A DNA stretch of 52,713 nucleotides from an uncultured Actinomycetota bacterium (GTDB lineage Bacteria > Actinomycetota > Humimicrobiia > Humimicrobiales > Humimicrobiaceae): assembly GCA_964354265.1 (NCBI GenBank), contig CAYGYY010000002.1, positions 1 to 52,713 of the forward strand, given 5' to 3'. The notes beneath the pieces were generated by a model that did not search any database, was not told the origin of the DNA, and saw only the letters and a program-made list of their open reading frames with translations. The number at the start of each line of letters is the position of its first letter. Within the stretch, counting starts at the first letter, position 1. The translations under genes and the position numbers were made by a program. This document shows positions 1-8,614 of the stretch, one piece after another.

Positions 1-110
1 AGATTGAAGCCTATATTATTTACTAAATAGTATGTAAAATGATAGGCATATGAATTAAGAATTAATAAATAATCAGAAAATCTATCACAGAGAATTGTCC
101 TGAAAAAAAT

Positions 111-620
111 ATGGATATTTTTACCTTAGTAATGATATTAATAATATTAGTACTTGCTTTTATAGCATGGACTCAATTGTTTGGAGCACCCTGGATACCA
201 ACGCGTCATAAAACTGTGCATAGAATGTTAGAGCTTGCCCAAATAAAACCGGGTGAGCTGGTTTATGATTTAGGATCGGGTGATGGCAGAATAATAATTG
301 AAGCCGCCCAATCTTTTGGCGCAAGAGCTGTAGGTATTGAAATCGATCCCCTTAGATATTTATGGTCAAAGGTTAAAATCTCATTATTAAAATATCAAAA
401 TAGGGTAGATGTTATTCTGGGGAATTTTTACTATCAGGATCTGAGCCGGGCAGATGTTATAATAGTCTATCTACTGCAAGACACAAACATAAGACTTATG
501 CAAAAGTTTGAACAAGAACTGCGCCACGGCACACGAATTATATCAAACACATTCAACTTTCCCGGCTGGGATATTACAAATCAGGATGAAAAAGAAAAAG
601 TATATGTATATAAAATATAG
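111..620 (+). CDS. Membrane-anchored class I (seven-beta-strand) SAM-dependent methyltransferase, FAM173/ATPSCKMT-like layout
   Basis: 169-aa ORF. It has an N-terminal TM helix (IFTLVMILIILVLAFIAW), a GAPWIPT motif, SAM motif I VYDLGSGDGRIIIEAA and an acidic post-I motif GIEID. Confidence 0.8.
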   Translation: MDIFTLVMILIILVLAFIAWTQLFGAPWIPTRHKTVHRMLELAQIKPGELVYDLGSGDGRIIIEAAQSFGARAVGIEIDPLRYLWSKVKISLLKYQNRVDVILGNFYYQDLSRADVIIVYLLQDTNIRLMQKFEQELRHGTRIISNTFNFPGWDITNQDEKEKVYVYKI

Positions 621-659
621 GAAATTTGCTGTAAAAAAACTCCAGGCCTCCGGCTAAAT

Positions 660-977
660 CTACCCGACATAAGTATCAAAGACGCGTACCTTTTCCCAAT
701 TGGCTTTATTATTGTCTACAAAAATCTTATGTTTTTCTGCATCCTGATATTGATCATGGCTGGATTTGTTAGTAAATACCACATGCAATCCTACTTGATA
801 ATCTGTAACATTGACATCCCGGTTATGCTCGGCCACTAATTGTCCTGCAGAAAAATAAAGAATGCCAGGCTGGTCTTTAAGGTATGTGTAACAGCTTTCT
901 ACCAGTGTTTTGACTGCTGTGTCTGATGTATCTTTTAAGGTAAAGAATACATTATGAACCAGATTATGTTCATTCAT
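660..977 (-). CDS. Dabb (stress-responsive A/B barrel) family protein
   Basis: 105-aa ORF. It starts HNVFFTLKD, contains GQLVAEHNRDVNVTDYQVGLHVVF, and matches the size and pattern typical of Dabb domains. A GGAGG-type SD (aaaggaggc) lies upstream on the minus strand. Confidence 0.75.
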   Translation of the reverse strand: MNEHNLVHNVFFTLKDTSDTAVKTLVESCYTYLKDQPGILYFSAGQLVAEHNRDVNVTDYQVGLHVVFTNKSSHDQYQDAEKHKIFVDNNKANWEKVRVFDTYVG

Positions 978-1117
978 TTTGCCTCCTTTGCAAAAAATAT
1001 CCTTTATGAAAAAATTCTGTCTTATCTTATACTATTATTGGAATATTAAAATACAAGAATTTTCAAGAACCATAATTATATAATGAACTCAAAAAAAAGA
1101 TAAGCCATAGCTTATCT

Positions 1118-1132
1118 TTACCTGTCAGGTAA
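1118..1132. promoter_or_regulatory. Perfect 7-1-7 palindrome TTACCTGTCAGGTAA (candidate operator) in a divergent intergenic region
   Basis: Read directly from the DNA. An imperfect second copy, TTACCTGTCtGGTtg, lies at 1536-1550, between the small RHH-like ORF and trxB. Confidence 0.3.
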
Positions 1133-1292
1133 CTTACTCCAACTCATAATTGCCGGATGTTTCTATAAATTTTTATTATTCTTTTTATGCTTTATCGCTA
1201 ACAAGTATTGAGAATAGCCTATTTGACAATATGGATTTTGATATATATACTCATATACATAAAAATACAAAACAATATGTTAAGGAGTGTAA

Positions 1293-1532
1293 ATGGAAAA
1301 GAAACAAGATTATTTCAGGGTCCCTATTACAATGCCTTCAGGAATGGTATCTTTTCTTGAAAACCTCGGAATTGAATGCAAGAGAGCCGGTGGCCACAAA
1401 ATTGCCAATACAGAAATAGTTCGAACCCTGATAAAATTATTAATGGATCTTGACCTGGACCTTTCAGGCATAAAGACAGAAGAAGAACTTGAAGCGCGAA
1501 TAAAGGATGCAGCGAAAAGATACAGGCAATAG
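1293..1532 (+). CDS. Small hypothetical protein, possible ribbon-helix-helix DNA-binding fold
   Basis: 79-aa ORF with a GGAG SD (aaggagtgtaaATG). It has a beta-strand-like FRVPITMP followed by two helical segments (GMVSFLENLG..., NTEIVRTLIKLLMD). The fold assignment is inference. Confidence 0.5.
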   Translation: MEKKQDYFRVPITMPSGMVSFLENLGIECKRAGGHKIANTEIVRTLIKLLMDLDLDLSGIKTEEELEARIKDAAKRYRQ

Positions 1533-1576
1533 CAGTTACCTGTCTGGTTGCGATGAGTATTTTTTAGGAGAATAAA

Positions 1577-2524
1577 TTGAAAGAGTTAAAAACGGATTTG
1601 ATTATCATTGGTGCAGGTCCGGCCGGTTTGGGGGCAGCTATTTATGCTGCCAGGTCTGCACTCAAGTTCAGCATTTTTGACAGGGTCATGGCAGGCGGCC
1701 AGATAATCACAACAGAATATATTGAGAATTATCCGGGTTTCAGGGAAGATATTTCCGGTTTTGACCTTATGCAGAATATAATCGAACATTGCAAGAAATT
1801 TGGCATAGTGCCTGAAGAGTATAAACAGATAGATTCATTGAAGTTACAGGAGGAATCTGGTTTTAGTAAATATAAATTTAAATGTACGGGAGAAGATCTT
1901 GAAGCCATTGCAAAAACCGTAATAATAGCAACGGGTGCGCGCCCGACCAGGCTTTATGTTGAAGGCGAAAGCGAATATACTGGTAAAGGAATATCGTACT
2001 GCGCAACATGCGATGGAGCTCTTTACTATGATAAGGAAGTAATTGTTGCAGGGGGCGGCAATGCTGCAATACAGGAAGCGCTTTTTTTAACAAAGTTTGC
2101 AAAAAAAGTCTATGTGGTGCACAGGCGGAATGAGCTTCGAGCAGTGAAAACCCTGCAAAACAGGGCGTTTGAAAATGGGAAGATAGAATTTATATGGGAT
2201 TCAGTGATAGAGAAATTTTCCGGAGCGGAAAGACTTGAAGAAGTCCTGATAAAAAATGTTAAAAACGGCAGAAGGACCAAAAAGAAAATCGATGGAGTCT
2301 TTGAATATATCGGTATTAAAGCAAACAGCCAGCTGGTGGAGGGAATAGCAGAGCTGGATGAAAACGGGTTTATTATTACAGATTCCAGCATGTCGACTGC
2401 ACAGAAGGGATTGTTTGCAGCAGGCGATGTAAGGAATACCAGACTAAGGCAGGTTATTACTGCTGTGGCTGATGGTGCAATTGCAGCTACATTTGCAGAT
2501 AAGCATTTAGATGGTCTTTTATGA
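1577..2524 (+). CDS. trxB: Thioredoxin-disulfide reductase
   Basis: 315 aa. FAD motif IIIGAGPAGLGAAIY, redox-active CATCDG, NADPH motif VAGGGNAAIQEA and C-terminal GLFAAGDV. TTG start preceded by AGGAG. Confidence 0.93.
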   Translation: MKELKTDLIIIGAGPAGLGAAIYAARSALKFSIFDRVMAGGQIITTEYIENYPGFREDISGFDLMQNIIEHCKKFGIVPEEYKQIDSLKLQEESGFSKYKFKCTGEDLEAIAKTVIIATGARPTRLYVEGESEYTGKGISYCATCDGALYYDKEVIVAGGGNAAIQEALFLTKFAKKVYVVHRRNELRAVKTLQNRAFENGKIEFIWDSVIEKFSGAERLEEVLIKNVKNGRRTKKKIDGVFEYIGIKANSQLVEGIAELDENGFIITDSSMSTAQKGLFAAGDVRNTRLRQVITAVADGAIAATFADKHLDGLL

Positions 2525-2548
2525 CCTATAGGCAAAAAGGATTAGGCA

Positions 2549-3628
2549 ATGGTTTCAAAGAAAGGTTTTACAGGCGCAAAAGTCGTTGAATTACAGAGGA
2601 GGTTAAAATCCCTTGGATATGAACTTGGCAGGGGTGAAATCGATGGCTTGATGGGACCCTCTACAACAGATGCAGTGAAAAAGTTCCAGCAGGATAGGGG
2701 CATTGATGCAACAGGCGTAGCAGATGCACAAACCTGGCAGGAGCTGCTGGATGCCGGCTATAAGATAGGCGAAAGAATGCTTTATCTAAAGAATCCTCCT
2801 TTCAGGGGTGACGACGTAAGAACCCTGCAACTTTGGCTTAAAACACTTGGATTTTACAAATATAAGGAAAACGGTATTTTTTGTATAAAAACCCACAAGG
2901 CCCTGGTTGAATTCCAGAAAAACATGGAAATATCTGTTGATGGTATCCTTGGCGGAGCTACTCTTAAGCATTTAAAAAACCTGAAAAGAATAATTGATTC
3001 CCACCAGTCGTCCAATTATCCTGCAGTAAAAGAGTATTTAAAGTTGGGAGAAAAAGGTGGATTCAAGATAATAATTGATTATGGAGAGAACACAAATGAT
3101 ACTGCAGACAGTCTGAGTTATTTCAAAGACAAGATCTATATATGCAGGAGTATAGCCAATTTCTGTAAGGACACAATGATGCACATAGGTATTGAATCTG
3201 CAATAACAGTAAATGAAGATGATAATGCCAGTATTTTTTTATCTGACAGGATAAAATTTGCAAACAGGAGTAATGCAGATATTTTAATAAGCCTTAACCT
3301 TGGCTTTTCATCAGACAGCGATGCAAACGGGAGCTGCTGTTTTTATTTTGAAGGGTTGAAGTCTTTTTCTGTAGCTGGAAAAACTATTGCAAATCTTGTC
3401 CAGGACAAGCTGATAAAATATCTTGATGTTGTTGACTGCAGGATACATGGTGCAAGCTATACTATACTTAAGGAGACAGTTATGACAGCGGTACTTATTG
3501 AACCGGCTTTTATCTCAAACAAGCTTGACAGGGAAAACCTGTTGAGAACTGATTACCAGATGGGAATAAGCAATTCGATAGTAGAAGCGTTGACTGATTT
3601 TTTGCAAGACTCCAGATATCCACATTAA
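2549..3628 (+). CDS. Two PG_binding_1 repeats fused to a degenerate N-acetylmuramoyl-L-alanine amidase (amidase_3-like) domain
   Basis: There are two LQ..L..LGY...IDG..G..T..AV..FQ repeats. The C-terminal domain aligns with amidase_3, but DPGHGG reads DYGENT and SIHxN reads SLNLG, while the catalytic Glu context VLIEPAFISN is kept. Confidence 0.75.
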   Translation: MVSKKGFTGAKVVELQRRLKSLGYELGRGEIDGLMGPSTTDAVKKFQQDRGIDATGVADAQTWQELLDAGYKIGERMLYLKNPPFRGDDVRTLQLWLKTLGFYKYKENGIFCIKTHKALVEFQKNMEISVDGILGGATLKHLKNLKRIIDSHQSSNYPAVKEYLKLGEKGGFKIIIDYGENTNDTADSLSYFKDKIYICRSIANFCKDTMMHIGIESAITVNEDDNASIFLSDRIKFANRSNADILISLNLGFSSDSDANGSCCFYFEGLKSFSVAGKTIANLVQDKLIKYLDVVDCRIHGASYTILKETVMTAVLIEPAFISNKLDRENLLRTDYQMGISNSIVEALTDFLQDSRYPH

Positions 3629-3630
3629 TA

Positions 3631-4773
3631 ATGCAGATAATTTATGATGATTTTTACTTAAAGCACGATACGGGTCCATTGCACTGTGAAAATGCCAGGA
3701 GGCTTTCAGGAATTGTTGAAGCAGTCAGAAAATCAGGACATTTAAGGCGCATGCATTTTGTAAGCCCGTCTCCTTCAAGTCTTGATTCTGTCTGCCTGGT
3801 CCACACCAGGGAATATATAGAATACATAAAAGAAATATCAGGATCTGGCATTGCCTGCAATATTGATCCTGACACAGTAGTATCGGGACACACTTATGAT
3901 TGTGCCCTGCTGGCTGCAGGAGGCTGTATAAATGGAATAGACTATATCAGCAGCAGCTCTATAAACAATGGTGCCATAGTTAATAACTCCATAAAAAATA
4001 ATTATATGGGTAATGGCAATATGAAGGATAGCCCGTATTCAGAGAGGAAAGTGTTTTTAGCGCTTGTCAGGCCACCGGGGCATCATGCTTTCAGCGACGA
4101 AGGGACAGGTTTTTGCATATTCAATAACATATCAATCGCTGCGCGCTATGCATTAAAAAAAGGCATTGCAGGCAAGATTGCAATAATTGACTTTGATGTG
4201 CATCACGGGAATGGAACGCAAAGTATATTCTATGATGATGACAAAGTTTTTTATATTTCACTGCACCAGTATCCGCATTATCCCGGCACAGGATATTATA
4301 CTGATACCGGGACCGGCAAGGGCCAGGGTTTTACTCTCAATATTCCTTTAAGCCCAGGTTCAGGGGAGCCTGATTATATTTATGCGTTTGAAAAAATAAT
4401 CTCGCCGCTTTTATTAAATTTCGGGCCGGAACTGGTTCTTATTAGTGCTGGATATGATGCGCATAGATTGGACCTCCTATCATCAATTAATCTGGAAGAT
4501 GATTCATTCAGGAAAATAATGCTTATATTGATTGGACTGTTCGATAAAAGGATTCCATTTGGACTTGTGCTTGAAGGTGGTTACAATCGGGGGGCAGCAG
4601 CGGCAAGCGTTTTAAAAACTATTGATGCATTTTTAGAAGAAGGGTCCTGCAATAATAGAAGTGAAGTTTCAACTCTTTTAAAAACGAATACCAGCATTGA
4701 AAAACATGAAAATGTAACTGGAATTGTCAACAGGGGAGTCTTTGAAGGAATCAAAAGTGTATTTAATATATAG
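3631..4773 (+). CDS. Histone deacetylase-family (AcuC/Hda-like) Zn-dependent deacetylase
   Basis: 380 aa. Motifs RPPGHHA, FCIFNN, DFDVHHGNGTQ and LEGGY. A low-complexity Asn/Ser insert follows aa ~105. Confidence 0.9.
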   Translation: MQIIYDDFYLKHDTGPLHCENARRLSGIVEAVRKSGHLRRMHFVSPSPSSLDSVCLVHTREYIEYIKEISGSGIACNIDPDTVVSGHTYDCALLAAGGCINGIDYISSSSINNGAIVNNSIKNNYMGNGNMKDSPYSERKVFLALVRPPGHHAFSDEGTGFCIFNNISIAARYALKKGIAGKIAIIDFDVHHGNGTQSIFYDDDKVFYISLHQYPHYPGTGYYTDTGTGKGQGFTLNIPLSPGSGEPDYIYAFEKIISPLLLNFGPELVLISAGYDAHRLDLLSSINLEDDSFRKIMLILIGLFDKRIPFGLVLEGGYNRGAAAASVLKTIDAFLEEGSCNNRSEVSTLLKTNTSIEKHENVTGIVNRGVFEGIKSVFNI

Positions 4774-4854
4774 CAATATTAAAACATAAATAGATACAGA
4801 TATGGCACATATCAGTCATTATAAATAGTGTATTTATTATGGAGCAAGAAAATA

Positions 4855-5337
4855 GTGAGATACAATAACTGCAATAAACAAGGCCGGACTTTTATCATTA
4901 AATCTATAATATTTATATTATTTGTTTTAATGCTCTCCAGCTTTTTATTTGTTTTTTCAGGCTGCAGGCAGTATGACAATAAATTTGATATCTCCTATTT
5001 TTTCAAGACTGATCCTGAAAAGGCTGTACTTGACTTCATATATTCAATGGCCAACCAGGATGCTTCCTATGTTTATGATAATTTTATACTTGACAAGGAT
5101 AAACGGAATGTCAGCAAGGAAAAATTCCTGAGGGAACTTTCCGAAATAATGTCTGGCATTGAAAATATTGAAGTCCTCAGAATTGTATATCTTGGTTATG
5201 AAGACGAAATGAGCAAAGTAGTTGTTGAATTTGAAGTAAAATATACCAATGGGGACACAAGCCAGTATAAGAAGTACATATATTTATTGGAGGAAAATAG
5301 CAAGTGGAAAATAGTTTTTGATAAGACTTTTATTTAG
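4855..5337 (+). CDS. Hypothetical lipoprotein (NTF2/DUF4878-like)
   Basis: Signal peptide with lipobox FVFSGC. The start is uncertain: GTG at 4855 follows GGAG, and the ORF-track start is 4828. The small beta-rich C-terminal part ends in a WKIVFD motif. Confidence 0.6.
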   Translation: MRYNNCNKQGRTFIIKSIIFILFVLMLSSFLFVFSGCRQYDNKFDISYFFKTDPEKAVLDFIYSMANQDASYVYDNFILDKDKRNVSKEKFLRELSEIMSGIENIEVLRIVYLGYEDEMSKVVVEFEVKYTNGDTSQYKKYIYLLEENSKWKIVFDKTFI

Positions 5338-5423
5338 AAATATTTTTATATATATTATAATACTCTTAATCTCCCCGGATTCTAAATCCGCAATTTAAAC
5401 TCAAAAAAGGAAGGTAAAGCTGA

Positions 5424-6041
5424 ATGGAAGATAAAAAGCATAAAAAGCATGGTTCAGGAAATGGGGACGAGATATTCGAGGAAATTCAGAAGGCTAAAAG
5501 AAAGTCTGAAAAAGGGCCGGATAAAATTGAACAGGATTATGACTTTGAGATAAAAGAGCTCAAGGATGAGATTGACCTGCTCAGTAAAGAACTTGCCCAT
5601 TATAAAAAACTTGAGGAAGAATATCTTGACAGGCTGAAAAGGCTGCACGCAGATTATGATAATTATCGCAAAAGGATGGCAAGGGAACAGGAAGATACTA
5701 TATTAAGGGCTAACAAGGATCTCATTGGGAAAATGCTTCCTGTTATAGACAGCTTTGAAAATGCTCTGGCAATAGGCGAGGATCTCAAAGTAGAAAATGA
5801 TGATTTTTTCAGAGGGGTTAAAATGATCCATGGCAAGCTTATGGAGACTCTCCAGAAAGAAGGGGTATCTGTTGTCGATCCCAAAGGCAAAGAGTTTGAT
5901 CCGTTAGAATGCGAGGCAGTAATTACACAGGATGTAAAAGAGGTCCCGGAAGGGACAGTGCTTGAAGTCCTTAGGAAGGGTTATAAATTAAATGATTTCC
6001 TGATGCGGCCTGCTGTTGTAAAAGTTTGCAAGAGATCGTAG
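5424..6041 (+). CDS. grpE: Nucleotide exchange factor GrpE
   Basis: 205 aa. It has an N-terminal coiled coil, RLKRLHADYDNYRKR, DSFENAL and a C-terminal GYKLNDFLMRPAVVKV. No dnaK or hrcA gene is adjacent. Confidence 0.93.
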   Translation: MEDKKHKKHGSGNGDEIFEEIQKAKRKSEKGPDKIEQDYDFEIKELKDEIDLLSKELAHYKKLEEEYLDRLKRLHADYDNYRKRMAREQEDTILRANKDLIGKMLPVIDSFENALAIGEDLKVENDDFFRGVKMIHGKLMETLQKEGVSVVDPKGKEFDPLECEAVITQDVKEVPEGTVLEVLRKGYKLNDFLMRPAVVKVCKRS

Positions 6042-6109
6042 ATTTTTTAAGATTATGTCAATTTTAAAAATTTTGTTTATTTTAAAATATCCTATAAGGA
6101 GGAATTAAA

Positions 6110-6823
6110 ATGGTTGTAAACAATCAAACACCAGAAAAGCCACCAGAACAGCCACCAGAACAGTCACCAGTCCAGCAGCAGGCCAGCCAGGGCCAGGGGC
6201 CAGCACCTGCGGCGCCACGGAGATTTTCGTCCGGATGCATTGGAGGGGTAATAGCTGCAGTAGTTGTGCTGATTCTTGTGGTAATAACTGTTTCAGTTAT
6301 CTTTGGGGGCAGGAATAATATGGTAACCAAGGAAGTATCAGTGGATAATGCCTGGGCGCAAGTGCAGAATGTATATGACAGGCGACTTCAGCTTATTCCA
6401 AATCTTGCTGAAAGCGTAAAGGCTTATATGAAGTTAGAAAAAGACATATTTGAGTCAATTGCAAATGCGCGGGCTGGAATTAAAAGTGCCGAGACTCCAA
6501 GCCAGATTGAAAGTGTAAGCCAGAAAATAGAACCACAGATAACTTCTTTTATCCGAGATTTAAATGTTATTGTGGAAGATACTCCGGAACTTAAAGCAAG
6601 CGAGGTTGTTAAGGATTTGATGACACAGTTGGAGGGTACTGAAAACAGGATAGCTGTTGAAAGAATGAGATATAATGAATCAGTAAAGGATTATAATACC
6701 TATATCAGGCTCTTCCCCAACAATTTTGTTGCAGGGCTTTTCGGCTTTACACTCAAGGAATTTTTTGAAGCAGTGCCCGGGGCAGAGACAGCGCCTGAAG
6801 TGGATTTAAACCTTGATGAATAG
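6110..6823 (+). CDS. lemA: LemA family membrane protein with Pro/Gln-rich N-terminal extension
   Basis: It has a TM segment, then VDNAWAQVQNVYDRRLQLIPNL, and YNESVKDYNTYIRLFPNNFVA near the C-terminus. A strong SD (AAGGAGG) precedes the start. Confidence 0.9.
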   Translation: MVVNNQTPEKPPEQPPEQSPVQQQASQGQGPAPAAPRRFSSGCIGGVIAAVVVLILVVITVSVIFGGRNNMVTKEVSVDNAWAQVQNVYDRRLQLIPNLAESVKAYMKLEKDIFESIANARAGIKSAETPSQIESVSQKIEPQITSFIRDLNVIVEDTPELKASEVVKDLMTQLEGTENRIAVERMRYNESVKDYNTYIRLFPNNFVAGLFGFTLKEFFEAVPGAETAPEVDLNLDE

Positions 6824-6893
6824 AAACCTGAGATTTATTTATCAGGAGTTTATTTTTTAACATTCTTGAAAATTCTTTTTTGTTATAGATTAT

Positions 6894-7910
6894 ATGTTTT
6901 ATAAAAATGGGTTTTTTTTCTTAAACAAAAAAATAAAAAAAATAAGCTCATGCTTGTTTTTTATTTTGATGATTTCAGTATCAGCCTGTTTAGCTTCACT
7001 ATTTTCAAATATAGAAACAGTTTATGGCGATGTTGAATACCCGGAATATTCATCCTATGTAAATGACTATGTAAGCCTCCTGGACCCTGATTGGAAAAAT
7101 AAAATCGAGGATTTGTGTTTTGAAGTGGAGCAGGCTACAGGGGCTCAAATAGCTGTAGCTATTGTGCCCACAATTCAAGGTATTACCCAGGAGGAATATG
7201 CCGTAGGTTTGTTTGAAAAATGGGGAATTGGGGAAGCTAAAGGGGATAATGGCGTATTACTACTGATTTCTCCTGAAGGAGAGCCCGGGAACAGGCCATT
7301 GAGGATTGAAGTAGGTTATGGTCTTGAAGGTGCTATTACTGACCTTGAAGCAAAAGAAATAGTGGATGAAATAATAACTCCAAGACTTAAGGCTGGGGAT
7401 TTTAACGGCGGTGTCTATGAAGGCGTTGCAGCAATAGCTAATAAAATATATGAGGAATACAGCTATACAACTACAATTGAAACTGAACAGGCAGCCAGCA
7501 GTTTTGGTTTTACCGATTTCTTCAGGGGAATGCAGGGTAACCCTTTCTTTTTTTGTTGTATACCTGTTTTTTTAATAATTTCTATAATTACCGGCATAAA
7601 ATCGATATTCAGGAGAAAGTGCCCAAAATGCAGGAAAATCAAGCTGAAAATCAAGACTACTGTGATACAGCAGGCAACTTATACCACCACTGGCAAAATG
7701 CTTGAAGAAAGGGATTGCACATATATTTATCCTACGGGAATAGCCTGTGGATACCATGACCAGCGAACAGTCACTATTCCAAAAAAGACCCGCAGTTCAG
7801 GAGGGGGGTTTGTTGGTGGTTTTGGAGGCTCTTCCGGCGGTGGCGGCGGAGGTTTCGGGGGATTTGGTGGCGGCTCCTCCGGTGGTGGAGGTGCCAGCGG
7901 GGGTTGGTAA
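6894..7910 (+). CDS. TPM (YgcG-like) domain membrane protein with Cys4 insert and Gly-rich tail
   Basis: It has a signal/anchor and a TPM domain (YVNDYVSLLD...AQIAVAIV...GVLLLIS...RIEVGYGLEG). A TM segment, CPKC...C...C and a GGGFGGFGGGSSGGGG tail follow. Confidence 0.85.
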   Translation: MFYKNGFFFLNKKIKKISSCLFFILMISVSACLASLFSNIETVYGDVEYPEYSSYVNDYVSLLDPDWKNKIEDLCFEVEQATGAQIAVAIVPTIQGITQEEYAVGLFEKWGIGEAKGDNGVLLLISPEGEPGNRPLRIEVGYGLEGAITDLEAKEIVDEIITPRLKAGDFNGGVYEGVAAIANKIYEEYSYTTTIETEQAASSFGFTDFFRGMQGNPFFFCCIPVFLIISIITGIKSIFRRKCPKCRKIKLKIKTTVIQQATYTTTGKMLEERDCTYIYPTGIACGYHDQRTVTIPKKTRSSGGGFVGGFGGSSGGGGGGFGGFGGGSSGGGGASGGW

Positions 7911-8614
7911 TATTTTCAAAAACACAAACCCTTGAAGAGAGAGTCCTTGATACAAGAGGCGACAGGGAAAAAACAAGCACACTTATAACACAATTTAAGC
8001 CTTTCATTGCAAGCGTAATACAAAAAAGGCTCGGCAAGTTTGTGGAATACGGTGTTGATGATGAGCTGTCCATAGGGCTTTTAGCATTTAATGAAGCAAT
8101 AAATACTTATGATATAAATAAAGGTAAATTCTTAAGCTTTGCAAGGCTTGTAATATCCAACAGGCTTATAGATTACTTCAGGAAACAATCGAAATTCTCG
8201 TCAGCTTTAATCAGCTATGATAACGGGGAAGATAATACTACATCAGGCCTTATTGATAAAAAATCGGTAGAACTATTTGCATATGATAGTGAGGCTGAAG
8301 ACAGGAAATATGAAATAATAGAGTATACCCGGGAACTTGGCCAATGGGGCATAAGTTTTAATGAACTTGTAAGGATATGTCCCAGGCAGGATAACTTAAG
8401 AAATGAGTATATAAGAATTGCAATTCTCATCTCACGCGATAAAACCCTTCTTGACGAGCTATACAGGACTAAAAGACTTCCAATAAAAATGCTTGAAAAA
8501 AAGCTGACAATACACCGGAAAAAAATAGAACGCGGACGAATATATATTATAGCTCTTGTTGTAGCAATTGTTAAAAAATATAGTTTCCTGGATATGACAA
8601 CGAGGAATATATGA
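7904..8614 (+). CDS. sigI: RNA polymerase sigma factor SigI
   Basis: QTLEE...LITQFKPFIASVIQKR...DDELSIGLLAFNEAINTYD..KGKFLSFARLVISNRLIDYFRK aligns without gaps with the remembered B. subtilis SigI N-terminus. The TTG start overlaps the TPM stop by 7 nt. Confidence 0.85.
   Translation: MVIFSKTQTLEERVLDTRGDREKTSTLITQFKPFIASVIQKRLGKFVEYGVDDELSIGLLAFNEAINTYDINKGKFLSFARLVISNRLIDYFRKQSKFSSALISYDNGEDNTTSGLIDKKSVELFAYDSEAEDRKYEIIEYTRELGQWGISFNELVRICPRQDNLRNEYIRIAILISRDKTLLDELYRTKRLPIKMLEKKLTIHRKKIERGRIYIIALVVAIVKKYSFLDMTTRNI

Noticed and set aside
1150-1419. An 89-aa plus-strand ORF overlapping the RHH-like ORF.
   Set aside because: It has no SD and overlaps the better-supported 1293-1532 ORF out of frame. 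It starts inside the AT-rich promoter region.
5338-5423. I looked for a CIRCE (HrcA) operator, TTAGCACTC-N9-GAGTGCTAA, upstream of grpE.
   Set aside because: It is not present. There is only a weak 6-bp hairpin (CGGATT/AATCCG).
7700-7903. I looked for a SigI-type promoter (C-rich -35 with a CGWA-like -10) upstream of sigI.
   Set aside because: No C-run was found on the plus strand. The G-rich stretch at 7795-7905 simply encodes the Gly-rich tail of the TPM protein and is not interpreted as a regulatory or G-quadruplex element.
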